A stretch of 63,670 nucleotides of DNA from Octopus bimaculoides (lineage: Eukaryota). Position numbers and translations under genes: made by a program. The notes beneath the pieces were generated by a model. It did not search any database. It had not been told where the DNA came from and saw only the letters and a list, made by a program, of their open reading frames with translations. This document shows positions 22,319 through 35,984 of this stretch, piece by piece; the first letter of the stretch is position 1, and each line of letters opens with the position of its first letter. Location of the stretch: contig NC_068994.1 in NCBI RefSeq assembly GCF_001194135.2, positions 16,468,506-16,532,175 of the forward strand. Reading direction: 5' to 3'.

Positions 22319-23488
22319 GTATCTATCAAATAATATTATATATATATATATATAATCGATAGATATATACACATACAACAGGCTTCTATCTGTTTCCAGC
22401 TACCAGATTGAATCACAAGGCTTCAGTTGGCTCAGGGTCATTGTAGAAGACACTTGTCCAAGATACCATACAAGGGAATTGAACCCAAGACCACATAGTT
22501 GGGAAGCAATTTTCACAACCACACAGCCACACCTTGATCGATTAACATCAGTAGGGTGTATTTTTGTAATTTTGATTAGTCAAGGGTACACAAAGACTTA
22601 TAGCTGTTTAATTATGAATGGAGCCAGACATATATTATAACAAAACAGGAAAGGGAGAATTTTTTATAGTACTATTTATTCTCCATTATACGTGTTTCAT
22701 TTACTAATAGGATTTACCTGTTAGATAGACATGTAAGGAATTTCTTATTAGAAGTGACATTCGTCAGAGATCATATATNNNNNNNNNNNNNNNNNNNNNN
22801 NNNNNNNNNNNNNNNNNNNNNNNNNNNNNNNNNNNNNNNNNNNNNNNNNNNNNNNNNNNNNNNNNNNNNNNNNNNNNNNNNNNNNNNNNNNNNNNNNNNN
22901 NNNNNNNNNNNNNNNNNNNNNNNNNNNNNNNNNNNNNNNNNNNNNNNNNNNNNNNNNNNNNNNNNNNNNNNNNNNNNNNNNNNNNNNNNNNNNNNNNNNN
23001 NNNNNNNNNNNNNNNNNNNNNNNNNNNNNNNNNNNNNNNNNNNNNNNNNNNNNNNNNNNNNNNNNNNNNNNNNNNNNNNNNNNNNNNNNNNNNNNNNNNN
23101 NNNNNNNNNNNNNNNNNNNNNNNNNNNNNNNNNNNNNNNNNNNNNNNNNNNNNNNNNNNNNNNNNNNNNNNNNNNNNNNNNNNNNNNNNNNNNNNNNNNN
23201 NNNNNNNNNNNNNNNNNNNNNNNNNNNNNNNNNNNNNNNNNNNNNNNNNNNNNNNNNNNNNNNNNNNNNNNNNNNNNNNNNNNNNNNNNNNNNNNNNNNN
23301 NNNNNNNNNNNNNNNNNNNNNNNNNNNNNNNNNNNNNNNNNNNNNNNNNNNNNNNNNNNNNNNNNNNNNNNNNNNNNNNNNNNNNNNNNNNNNNNNNNNN
23401 NNNNNNNNNNNNNNNNNNNNNNNNNNNNNNNNNNNNNNNNNNNNNNNNNNNNNNNNNNNNNNNNNNNNNNNNNNNNNNNNNNNNNNNN

Positions 23489-23614
23489 TGTGAAATAAGG
23501 TTACCATTGGTTTCATGTTAAGAAAAGTAGGAAAATGTCCTAGTGTCTTAATTTTAACACTAGGACATTTTCCTACTTTTCTGAACATGAAACCAATGGT
23601 AGCCTTAATTCACA
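23489..23614. repeat. Hairpin with about 58-bp arms and a 10-nt loop, left arm cut by a gap
   Basis: tgtgaaataagg...cctagtgt versus acactagg...ccttaattcaca; about 4 differences. Confidence 0.9.
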
Positions 23615-25957
23615 AATAATGAAATTTATATCCACCAATATGGTGTTGAGCACTCATTTTCATTGTTCAACATTTACATATATATACACACACACACACA
23701 TACATATCCCTGTATTGACCAGTCTATCAGATATTGTTATATTTGTTATATACCAGTGGTCACATTATGCTTCCTTGTATTGTCACAGCTTTTGAATGGT
23801 GCCACTCCACTGGCTAGGCAGGCGGGCCAAGATACTCCTTGGACAGAATGCTAGTCTCTCACAGAGTTATCCATTTGTGTACTGGAGCAATGTGAAATTA
23901 AATGTTTTAGCTGAAAAACACATAACACATCGTTGACCTAGGAATTGAAACCACAATTACAAGATTGTGTGTGCAACACCCTAATGAGCTGGCCATGCGC
24001 TTTTACACACACATACACACAAGCACTTTACTGAAAATGAATTTTTATTTCATGACTTGAGCTTCATGCAACCACAACCTAATGGCAAGAAACTCAAAAT
24101 GCAAGATAAATACTCAGTTTCAATGAAGCATATACTCTACAACAAGTATTGAGCATTGCTATCTCATTCATTCATTGCAATTTATGCTTGCAGTTATTAT
24201 TTACTTATATATGATATATATTATGTAATACATTATGTATTTATTATATATTGCATTATGTATATATCATATATAGTACAATATTTAAAACATTATATAT
24301 ATAATGTATAGAATACAGATTATGTAATATAAATTTTATATAATCCATTATGTGCTATTGCAGCAGTATTAAATTAGAATAGTCTTCTATATATTATACT
24401 TACTGTAGATACATCATTGAAAGGCAGTTTACTGTGGTATTTGTCCAGAAATAACATCTCTTATAGATGTGGTTTGTTTAAAAGCATAATATATACCAAA
24501 GGAAGCTAAAAATTATCCCAGCAGTGGCTATCCAGAACACCAGATGCATATCAGCCTTGTCAGGCCTTGTCATTGGAGATGTGCACAGTGAGTACATGCC
24601 ATTGATAAGGCCCAATGAGTCCAAAATGCATGTGGTATTTTTGCTAGTCACTGCTGAGATGGTATTTGTCTCCCTCCAATTTTTATTGTTTTTTTAAGCA
24701 CATCACATACACGAGAGATTATGAATTAACTTTCAACAATGCAGCTTTCTTTATGTATGATGCATAAATGGCTATACCATCTTATATATAATCAATAATC
24801 TAAGCCTGAAAGAAATGAATTTCTGTCAAAGGCCTGCAAAACTTTGAGTCACATGGAGCCAGATCAAATTGCTTCAGATAATATATATATATATATAAAT
24901 GACTGTAGTGTGGAAGGTGCTCGTTAGCCATTCAGTAACACACACAATGACTGTTGACTTCACTTAAACATTTATTGTTTGTTTTTTAATGGCTAATATG
25001 TGCTTTCTGACTGCCATCATTTTAGTTTCAATCCACACATATGTGATCTCTGATCAAATAACTCGTCTGGCAAGTATGCCTCCATTTCATATCGTTTAAC
25101 GTCCGCTTTCCATGCTAGCATGGGTTGGATTCACACATTTGCACACATTCAAAGATAGATTGTGTTGGTTGACATCTCACTCAGAATTTATATTTGAAGA
25201 GAAAGTATAATGTAAAACTTATTTTATTTTATGAGTCCTAACTTTAGTTAAAATGATGGCCTGAATGGATGGTGGAATTAACAGACATTGTTACTGGGAA
25301 TGTGGCACAGTTAAATCTATGTTCTCATACATACACACAAGGATTTTCAGTATTAACTATTTTCATATTTCCAACAATATTCACTTTATTTCTTGTGTAA
25401 GATGTATATCAGAATTAAATTATTTTGGTAAAAATGTCTATTTTGATATTTTAAAAAAAAAAAAACTTCATTTTTCCTTCTTTTCTTTCTCTATTTAATA
25501 TTTTCTTAAAATGTAAAAAGATTGTCTGAGAGGTTTCTCAAAGACAGACACCTAAAAATACAGTTACTTTTTTATAATTGATTAGTTTGTGTCTTTTTTG
25601 TTATATTTTATTTATTTGCTTTTTGTTTTGTTTCTTTTGTTTGGTTTTTTTTTTCAGGGTTCTGGAAAGGGTTGGAATCAATCAGTGGAAAGCCAGATTT
25701 GATGTTTTCCATCTACTTTTCAATTGTAACAGGCCTCAAGAGAGATTGAAAAATAGGCAGATAGATTGCTATACTTTAATATAATTAAAATGGTTTTTAG
25801 AAATTTTTAAACTTGTCTAGCACCATGGCAAAGAAGAATTATATAGATGCCAACTCTATTTTAACTTGATTAACCCACCTAAGACCACCTCTGATTCTAT
25901 GATACGAAATTCTTGTTTTAAAATTATCCAAATCAACTCTTTGAGTCCAATTCACCA

Positions 25958-26360
25958 GGAGTGGCTGTGTAGTAAGTAGCTTGCTTACCAACCACATGGT
26001 TCTGGGTTCAATCCCACTGTGTGGCACCTTGGGCAAGTGTCTTCTACTATAACCTCGGGCCGACCAAAACCTTGTGAGTGGATTTGGTAGACAGAAACTG
26101 AAAGAAGCCCGTTGTCTATATGTATATATATGTATGTATGTGTGTGTGTGTATATATGTTTGTGTGTCTGTGTTTGTTCCCCCAACATCGCTTGACAACC
26201 GATGCTGTTGTGTTTACGTCCCCGTAACTTAGCAGTTCAGCAAAAAAGACCGATAGAATAAGTACTAGGCTTACAAAGAATAAGTCCTTGGGTCGATTTG
26301 CTCGACTAAAGGCAGTACTCCAACATGGCCGCAGTCAAATGACTGAAACAAGTAAAAGAG
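25958..26360 (+). mobile_element. CORE-like SINE, family 3 (most abundant), with internal TA/TG microsatellite
   Basis: Head caggagtggctgtgtggtaag, B-box-like ggttcaatccc, CORE-like gtggcaccttgggcaagtgtcttctactatagcctc, tail gactgaaacaagtaaaag. More than 20 copies (e.g. 16390-, 17920, 21711, 31790-, 37430-, 38495, 43743, 47890, 50985, 51820-, 57415-, 63020). Confidence 0.85.
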
Positions 26361-26400
26361 AGATCTGTGATACAATTTCCTTGTTTTGTTGTGATTTAAA

Positions 26401-26930
26401 TTAAAATCATCCATCAAAATATCATGTTCATTTATGTCCCAAACATCAGTTTAATAATGATAAATATATTTCACTCAATTCTTCATTATTTTCAAAATAA
26501 ATTTAGACTGATTTCAGCAAAAACATAACAAAAGAGTTGAAATCTTCCATTGAAATTTCATGTTAATTTATGTTCCAAACCAGTTTAATAATGACAGCTA
26601 TTTTGCTAAATTCTTTATTATTTTCAAAATAAATCAAAACGGTGTATTCTAACTGAAACATGATAACAAAAAGGTTAAAATAAAACATTCCATCAAAATT
26701 CCACTTTAATTTATATCCCAAGCATCAGCTTAGTAATAACAAATATATTTTACAAAATTCTTCATTATTTTTCAAAATAAATTGAAACTGTATTTCAGTA
26801 GAAACATGGTAACAAAAGGGTTAAAACCTTCCATTGAAACTTTGTGTTGATTTATGTTCCAAATACCAGCTTAATAATGACAAAGTTATTTTGTTAAAGT
26901 CTTCATTATCTTCAAAATTAATTAAAACAC
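26401..26930. repeat. Degenerate minisatellite of about four 140-bp units related to the piggyBac-type MITE right half
   Basis: Units begin tt(a/g)aaa at about 26401, 26538, 26675 and 26821 and end in aacaaaa(g/a)(g/a)gtt; homologous to about 18670-18819. Confidence 0.7.
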
Positions 26931-27019
26931 AGCCAGTGATATTCAACAGAAATACTATAGTAGAAGGGCTAATGAAGAGAGGACTGTCAAAAATAGTCAC
27001 TAGCATTTGTGAGGTGGGT

Positions 27020-27300
27020 ATTTATCAGTTTGAGAATCATTGCTTTAGGGTATCCAAAATATCGTTCCTCACAGTCAAACATTGAAATTTTGCCTGCCTT
27101 ACCTTTCAGCTCTTTATTTAGGTGAGTTTTGTTGTGCAGCTAAGTTCCCAGTGAAATGTGTCTATAACATAATGCCATAGCTGGAATCATCTCCTTTTTA
27201 CTGCTAATGGCATGAATGCCTACCGTTTGTCTCCTATCTATTCAAAAATGTTATTCTGTTAATACATAATTACTATTTCATTTCTATTCAAAAAAAGGAA
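27020..27300. repeat. Local direct duplication (copy 1; copy 2 at about 28730-29010)
   Basis: atcagtttgagaatca...ctattca block present twice, visibly diverged. Confidence 0.85.
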
Positions 27301-30300
27301 AAATCAATTTGAATCAGCAAAATAGTCTGTATATGATCAATCAATCTACTAAAATAGCAACCAAATCTATCTTGAATCACATCCTACAGTCNNNNNNNNN
27401 NNNNNNNNNNNNNNNNNNNNNNNNNNNNNNNNNNNNNNNNNNNNNNNNNNNNNNNNNNNNNNNNNNNNNNNNNNNNNNNNNNNNNNNNNNNNNNNNNNNN
27501 NNNNNNNNNNNNNNNNNNNNNNNNNNNNNNNNNNNNNNNNNNNNNNNNNNNNNNNNNNNNNNNNNNNNNNNNNNNNNNNNNNNNNNNNNTTTTTCTTTTT
27601 TGTACAATCTTCATGTTAAATTCTGGAAACTGGAAGAAAAAGCTGACATAAGGTAGTAGTGCTTAACCCATTACCTCCCATAATTCTATTAACTGGAATT
27701 TTTTTATGAAACTTTGATTTCTAGCATAAAACAGCCTTGGAAACACGCTGGAATGATCAAAATAACATTTTAAATAGAAATAAGCGAGATATTGGGTGAA
27801 AAATTAGCAAACTTCATTTGAATATCAGAGAAATATATCTAGTAGATATAGCAAAAAGGTTAGATATGTGTAAATATTGACAGATAATTACGAAATTTGT
27901 AATTTTTAAGTGATCTCATATGAGATCACTGGTAGGTAATGGGTTAATCGCTATAAGAGATCAATACTGTAAACACATTATTTTTGTATGCTATATCTAG
28001 AAGTAGAACTCTTGTAGATATGTTCAGAAACTGATTGTTAGAAGTCCCATGCATCACTTGATATTTAGCTTCCACATCATAATCTTGTGGGCTTTGTGTG
28101 CAGTGATATACCAAATGAAGACAGTGGGTTAGTGGCCAGTGGAAAAAAAGAAATACAATCAGCAACAAAATGAAGTTTTACTATCCTTTCATTTTATTGT
28201 TGGACATTTTATATACTAATATCAAAACAACACCTGTTTTAAGAACAAAAGAAAGGATCAACAATTTATGACCTAACGTCAGGTTATTATACTGGATGTT
28301 TAACCAGCAAACCTTATTTTATTATTTTCATTGATCCTCTGTGAAGAGTATCAGGTCTGTGAAAGCTAGTCCCTACTGGTTGGGGGTGTTGCACCCATTG
28401 ATGTCAGATCATGGTTTCGATTCTGAGACCAGGTAGCACATTGTGTTCTTGAGCAAAACACTTCATTTCACGTTGCTCCAGTCCACTCGCCTGTGAATGA
28501 GTTCCAACAATAAATGGAAACTTAACCCTGCAATGGACCAGCATCTCAATCAAACTGCGGTGGGGGAGTGTTGTAATCTCAGTTACTTATGTTCCATGGG
28601 AGCCAAGTTAAGTGCCAAACTTGTGAGTTGTAGGACTCCTGACAGAATTTAGTCTGAGTAAGGGGTTACCAAACCAAGCCTTTGTTTGATCTCAGTATCT
28701 TCTATTTGTAGACCCCTGAATATTGATTTTAATATCAGTTTGAGAATCACTGCTTTAGGAGTATCCAAAATATGGTTCCTCACAGTCAAACATTGAAATT
28801 TTACCTGCATTACCTTTCAGCTCTTCATTTAGGTGGATTTTGTTGTACAGATAAGTTCCCAGTGAACCGTCTGTATCATAGTTATAGTTCCACAACTAGA
28901 ATCATCTTTTTAGTACTAATGGCATGAATGTCCGTCCTTTGTCTCCTATCTATTCAAAAATGCTATTTTGCTAATATGAAATTACTATTTTGTCTCTATT
29001 CAGAAGAAGAAATATATAGTATGAAGTCATCTTATATATGACATGTTCATATTGAATCAAGCTTAACTGTTGTCAGATGCCCTTCTTGTGGTTAGCTGCT
29101 GAATATAGTCATTGATTTGATGTTGTCTTACAAAACTCTGAGAATCTACTTACAGCTTTTTTACTCTTTACATTCAGTATTTAGGAGTAGGGACAGCACT
29201 TTTTTTTTTCACTTTGCATTTTATGGCATTATTTATTTTCTTTTTTATTCATCTTCAAATGCTGTCCAAGCTGAATTAACCAAGCTAAGTCTTATCTGTG
29301 CTTCCATCAGTGGCTCATTGTATAAACAAAAGTATTTAAAGCTATTTCTTCCTGCCTTCAGCCATTGGTCATGATGTTAAAATAAGCTGTCTCCCTCCTT
29401 TTGCTTGAAGCAGATTTTTAAGACATTTGAAAATAAACACCAATTTTATAAATTTTCAACAATACATACAGAATAAATATCATTTAACCCTTTGCCTGTA
29501 CAAAGAATTTTCATAAATTTGTCCTAAATGTTCATGCTTGTTTTCAGACTTTGAGTTATCCCTTGTTTCATACATTTTGAGTGATATAAAACTCTCCATT
29601 CATAAGTCCCAGGTTATTCTGGTGGTTAAAAAAAATTTGCAAATATGTATTATATATGATGCAATGGATATCAGGGAAATATGTGCTGTGTATTACATAT
29701 AATACACAGGACAGGCAATTGGTTAAGATGCTGCTGTCAAAATAATTTTGTTTGCTATATTATTTTAATAAAATAAAAAGAGGAGGATGCAATTCAACAC
29801 ATATGAATGATGGGCTTCCATGGTTAACTTTTTGATTATTAATAACACTTATTTTTCCTTTCCTGGTTTCAATGAATTGGATTGTGGCTATGTTGAGGCA
29901 TTGTTTTCAAATGTTTAGTCAATCTGTCAAGCTGTGAGTTTATGGGACATATCTAAGGAGGCAATATAACCAACACAGGGATTTTTTTTAGACTGGAGAA
30001 AGCATAAACACACACACATATACACACATAATCCTTTCTACTAAAGGCACAAGGCCTGAAACTGGGGGGGAGGGGGGTTAGTCAATTATATTGACCCCAG
30101 TGTTCAACTGGTACTTATTCTATTGACCCTGAAAGGATGAAAGGCAAAGTCAGCCTCTTCAGCATTTGAACTCAGAACATAAAGACAAGTGAAATGCCGC
30201 TAAGAATTTTGCCCAGTGTGCTAACAATTCTGCCAGCTCACCACTTTTATATATACGTCCCATATAATAATAATAATTTGTGGATGGAAATTAATAGATT

Positions 30301-30541
30301 TTATTAATATATCAACATATATTTCTGTACCTCACACATTCATTAGGTAATAATTTTTCACATTCATAAGATATGATTATTCTTGATATTTATGAATATG
30401 AAATTTTTTCTCATCTCCATTTCAATGTGGGTGCTTCTTCAGGTGTTGCATTTTTGTTTCTGCCAGCAAGATTTACTGACCTAAAGGATATCCACTATTT
30501 TACACCAGTCAAATCATTCTATTCAATTGTTGGGCATTTTT

Positions 30542-30572
<31 letters not shown>

Positions 30573-31226
30573 CAGTGAAGGTGCATGGCTCAGTGGTTAG
30601 AGCATCAAGCTTACGATCGTGAGGTTGTGAGTTTGAATCCCGGACCGGGCTACATGTTGTGTTCTTGAGCAAGACACTTTATTTCACGTCGCTCCAGTTC
30701 ACTCAGCTGTAGAAATGGGTTGTGACGTCATAGGTGTCAAGCTGCATCGGCCTTTGCCTTTCCCTTGGATAACACTGGTGGTGTGGAGAGGGGAGGCTGG
30801 TATGCATGGGCGACTGCTGGTCTTCCATAAACAACCTTGCCCGGACTTGTGCCTGGGAGGGTAACTTTCTAGGTGCAATCCCATGGTCAGTCATGACCGA
30901 AGGGGATCTCAGCATATATACACACACACACACACATGCACATAATGAGTTTTTCCAGTTGCCTTCTACTAAATCCCACTCACAAGATATTGGCCAACAT
31001 AAGGCTACAGATTAAGACACTTGGGATACTTTTCAGTGGAAATAAACTGGTAACCACAAGGCTGCTAGCCAACTTTCTGAACTACCCACCCATGTCAACT
31101 CCTGTCTGTAAGTTTCTCATGACAAATAACAGTGAATTTTGTCTTCTTCAAATTGTAAACTCAGTCAGTCATGGCAAAACTACTGCTCCACAAGACTCTG
31201 AATGACATGCCAGTGTAGAATTTTGT

Positions 31227-31261
<35 letters not shown>

Positions 31262-32867
31262 ATGGGGTAAAATTCTGTCCCACTTAATGATGAGCTGTGT
31301 CTCATGTGGCCCACTTCTTGAAAAAGGTTACCCATTCCTGCTGTAAATCATCAAACGGCTCATCAATTTCTACATGGCTTGGCATTTGGCTGAAATGTAC
31401 TCTCCCTCCTACATAGCTGATGGGTTAAGAACTTTGCTTTGCAATCATAAAATCATAGGTTCAATCCCACTATGTATTATCTTGGGTAAAGTGTCTTTAC
31501 CAAAGCCTAGGGTCAACCTATGCTTTATTAGTGAAATTGGGTAGACAGAAACTGTCTGGAAGCCTGACAAGTTGATTTGAAATTTGTAATTCAAAAGTCC
31601 ATCCTTGTCAGGAATTGTCAAGCTGATTCAGCTTGAGAGTTACATTAAACCAGCCATATCAGGCCCAAATATTCTACTTATTTTATGTTCAAACTGACCG
31701 GATCCAGCCTCTCACACCTACCCCACAATGTCATTCTAAAAAAAATAAACAATCATATCATTGAAGTCTTGAAGCTACAAGATATCTTTTACCCTTTACT
31801 TGTTTCAATCATTAGATTGCAGCCATGCAGGAGGACTACTTTGAAGAATTTTTAGTTGAATGGATCAACTCCAGTATTCATTTTTTAAGCCTGGTACTTA
31901 TTCTATTAGTCTCTTGCTGAACTGCTAACTAAACACACCATCATTAATTGTCAAGCAGTGGGGGTGGGGGAACAAACGAAGACACACTCATATATACATA
32001 TACATATATATATATATATATATGACAGGCTTCTTTCAGTTTCCATCTGCCAAATCCACTCACAAGGTTTGGGTTTGTTCGAGGCTAGAGCAGAGGACAC
32101 TTGCCCAAGGTGCCACACAGTGGGACTGAACCTAGATCTTAGTGGATGGGAGGCAAGCTTCTAACCACACAGCCACATGATTAATTCAAAACAACATGGA
32201 TAAGCATTACATTTGACAGAGTGATCTGAATGCTGTGGAATACACAGCCACTTTCAGATTAAGGAGTCAAATGTTCTGTTGATCAGACACCTGAATGCTC
32301 ATTGCCGAAATTGATAAAGGATTCATCATTCTCTTGGCTCCCTACCTCCCCTACCTCTTTCTTTCTCTCTTTTATAATCTTTCTGTCATGACCCCCTCAC
32401 CCTACCTTTGTCACTGCACTCCCTCACCTGTACTACTGACAGTTATTTGGGTCAAAGAATGAAGTCTTATTTTTTCAGTGCTTTTACCCGTTGGCAAAGT
32501 GCAACACTACTGAAACAAAACATGAATTTACAGGTTCCCCAATCCCTCCACAGTTATGGTATGATGTAATACCATGGTGCGTTGTATATTATGAATTTAG
32601 CTTTCTCAATTGATTATTGTAATAAATGATTTTTTTATGCCAATCAATGTATAGCATGTATAACTCAAGTAGTTGGTCTCTCGATAATACTTTTATATTT
32701 ACAAGTGTGTATGTGAGTGTGTGTGTGTGTGTGTGTGTATAGGTGCAGGCATAGCTATGTGGTAAGAGGTTTGCTTCCCAACCACATGGTTCTGGGTTCG
32801 GTCCCACTACCTGACACTTTTGGTAAAGCCTTGTGAGTGAATTCAGTAGGTGGAAGCTGAAAGAAGC

Positions 32868-33365
32868 CTGTATGTATGCACGTATGTATGCATGTATGTA
32901 TGTATGTATGCATGTATGTATGTATGTATGTATGTATGTATGTATGTATGCATGTATGTATGCATGTATGTATGTATGCATGTATGTATGCATGTATGTA
33001 TGCATGTATGTATGTATGTATGTATGTATGCATGTATGTATGCATGCATGTATGTATGCATATATGTATGTATGCATGTATATATGTATGCATGTCTGCA
33101 TGTATGTATGTATGCATGTATGTATGCATGCATGTATGTATGCATGTATGTATGCATGTATGTATGCATGCGTGTATGTATGTATGCATGCATCTATGTA
33201 TACATGTATGCATGCATGTATGCATGCATGTATGCATGCATGTATGTATGCATGCATGCGTGTATGTATGCATGCGTGTATGTGTGCATGTATTATTTAT
33301 GTATGTATGCATGGATGTATGTATGTATGCATGTATTATATATGCATGTATGCGTGTATGTATGT
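32868..33365. repeat. Compound (TATG)/(CATG) tetranucleotide microsatellite of about 500 bp
   Basis: Direct reading; it explains the long MYVC/HTYI ORFs. Confidence 0.95.
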
Positions 33366-33769
33366 GTGAAGGTGCATGGCTTAGTAGTTCAGGTATTCAG
33401 TTCATGATTGCAAAGTCATGAGTTCAGTTCCCAGCAGTGCATTGTGTCCTTGAGCAAGAAGCTTTATTCCCCATTGCTCCTATCCACTCCACTGGCAGAA
33501 ATGAGTTGTACCTGTATTTCAAAGGGCCAGCTTTGTCACATTCTGTGTCGTGCTGAATCTCCCTGAGAACTATATTGAGGTATGTGTGTCTGTGGAGTGC
33601 TCAGCCACTTGCATGTTAATTTCACGAAGAGGCTGTTCTGTAGATCAAATCAACTGGAACCCTTGTTGTTGTAGCCAATGGGGAGACCAGTTTCTTCTTT
33701 TTTTTTTGCTAGTATATGTATATAGATAGATGAGAAATGAGGAGATGATTTGATATGTATGGGAGAGAG

Positions 33770-34146
33770 AATTTGTCCAACAGCATATGGAGGCCAGTTG
33801 AAATAAGAAAGGCTATACAATCCCTCAAGAATGGGAAAGCGGGAAGTGTAGACTATATTCCAGCTGAAGCAATGAAATCAGCTATAGAAATAGTGGTAGA
33901 AATGTTTCATCCATTATTTTCTAAGATATAGCAGGAAGAAAATGCGCCTAATGATTGGAAAGAGGGACTCATTGTAAAATTGCCAAAAAACGGTGATTTA
34001 AGCGTTTGCAGAAATTATAGAGGGATTATGTTATTATCGACTCCCGGAAAAGTTTTTAACAGGATACTTTTGGAGTGGATGAGGACAGCAGTCGACAAAT
34101 TGTTGCGTAAAGAACAAGCCGGATTTAGGAAGAACCGTTCATGTGT
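33770..34146 (+). mobile_element. RTE-clade LINE reverse transcriptase fragment (pseudogene)
   Basis: AIQSLKNGKAGSVDYIPAE...DWKEGLIVKLPKNGDLSVCRNYRGIMLLSTPGKVFNRILL...LRKEQAGFRKNRSC, with an internal stop. Confidence 0.85.
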
Positions 34147-34439
34147 AGGTGGATATACTAGGTGATAAAAATGGCTGGGAGACATACTGTTAGCAGCTAT
34201 GAGAGGAAATTCAGAAGAAAGGGGCATTCAGTGGAAAATAAGCAGCAATGAATGATGTCAAGAGTGTCTGATGGGTGACAAGGGAAGTGGTTCCATGGAG
34301 AGGGTCAACTAGTAGCACAAAAGGGGCATGGAGTAAGAGCAATTCTGCTGTCATATAATTACAGCAACTGAAGAAATAGTGCCAAAGCTAGAGAGATGAA
34401 GGAGAAATTGATGTTATGAAGACAGGTTGTGTGGAAAGC

Positions 34440-34940
34440 TTTACCTCATTTTTGCTGAGATAAGTCTTCTCAAGCACAGTGAATCACCAGTCATCTCTGT
34501 CTTCTGTCAACTCTTCCTTGAAAAATCAACATCTTGAAGTTAGTCCCACATCTCATATGTCTCCCTCTTCCACGAGTTCCAAGCACATTTATCAGCTGGT
34601 ACTTCTCAACCATACACATCACATGACCATACCAGCATGCTGCCTTTGATGCCACTTACACTCAATTTTTCTCTTCATACATTTGCATTTTGTCACACAT
34701 CCATGATGACATTGCACATTATACAAGCTTCATCCCTTTCTAGTCTTCTCATCACCTCTGCATTCATAGTTTGCATTTCACAACCATGTAACATTGCTTT
34801 CATACACAAGCATCATACAATCTTCCGTTCACTATGAGAGAAAGGCCTTTTGTTACAAACAAAGGTAATAGCTACCTGAATTTTCTTCAGTCGGTTTTTG
34901 TTCTAGTGACAATGCTTTCACAGCAACCTTCTTCACTACT
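34440..34940 (-). mobile_element. RTE-clade LINE C-terminal/3' fragment, decayed
   Basis: The - strand gives AMLHGCE...AEVMRRLERDEA...REKLS, matching the RTE C-terminal pattern MLHGSETW...RRLERNE...LREKLG. Confidence 0.6.
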
Positions 34941-35329
34941 AATTAGGTCACCTACAAAGCAGAAACCATCTAATACTAGCTGGCAGAAACGTTAGCACGC
35001 CAGGTGAAACGCTTAGCGGTATTTCATCTGCCGCTACATTCTAAGTTCAAATTTTGCCGAGGTCGACTTTGCCTTTCATCCTTTCGGGGTCGATTAAATA
35101 AGTACCAGTTAAGCACTGGGTCGATATAATCAACTTTATCTGTTTGTCTGTCCTTGTGTGTCCCCTCTGTGTGTAGCCCCTTGTGGGCAATAAAGAAATA
35201 AGAAACCATCTAATACCACAGAAGGATCTTCCTGGGCATTTGAGGAAATCTATTTGTTTTATGTTTTCTCCATGTTTATTGCTCCTGCACAAGAGCAATA
35301 TAATACAAATACGCACTCACCCAAGCATG

Positions 35330-35360
<31 letters not shown>

Positions 35361-35984
35361 GAAAAATAACAAGTGTTGAAAATGCATTAAATTTTCATAC
35401 CATACTTATTTGAATAAAACAAGTTTTTATTTTTTAACGTAGGAGGTAAATAGTTGTATATATGACAGTAAAAATAAAAAATATGTTTTCATATAAGAAA
35501 AGTTTTCACATAATAGTTTTACTGTAAAAATATGTGTACGTTCTGAGTCAGTGAGCTGGCAGAAAAGGCTGTGAGCTGGCAAAAATGTTAGCATACCGGG
35601 AAAAATGCTTAGCAGTATTTCATCTTTAAGTTCTGAGTTCAAATTCCACCGAGGCTGACTTTGCCTTTTATGCTTTCGGGGTTGATAAATTAAGTACCAG
35701 TTGTGTACTGGAGTCGATCTAATCAATTGGCCCCCTCTCCAAAAATGTTGGGCCTTGTGCCTAGAGTAGAAACGAATATGTATATTTTCTCATGAGGTGA
35801 ATTTTACTCACACTTGGCAAAAAGAAAAAGGTGAAAAAAAATCACATATTTCTTGGATGATTCTCGTATACAGAAAAGGTTTTTGGAGGAAAAAGTGTTA
35901 CTGAACAAATTTTAGTACATGTTATAGCCTAAAGGAGTTTTACAATGGAAAAAATATCATATTTTACTGACAGAGCCAAATTCT

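Noticed and set aside
22725-22775. Minus-strand CUGACGA...GAAA motif next to a gap
   Set aside because: No stem II or stem I complementarity found.
32589-33421. Several 116-222 aa ORFs on both strands (MYVC.../HTYI...)
   Set aside because: Translations of a TATG/CATG microsatellite, not genes.
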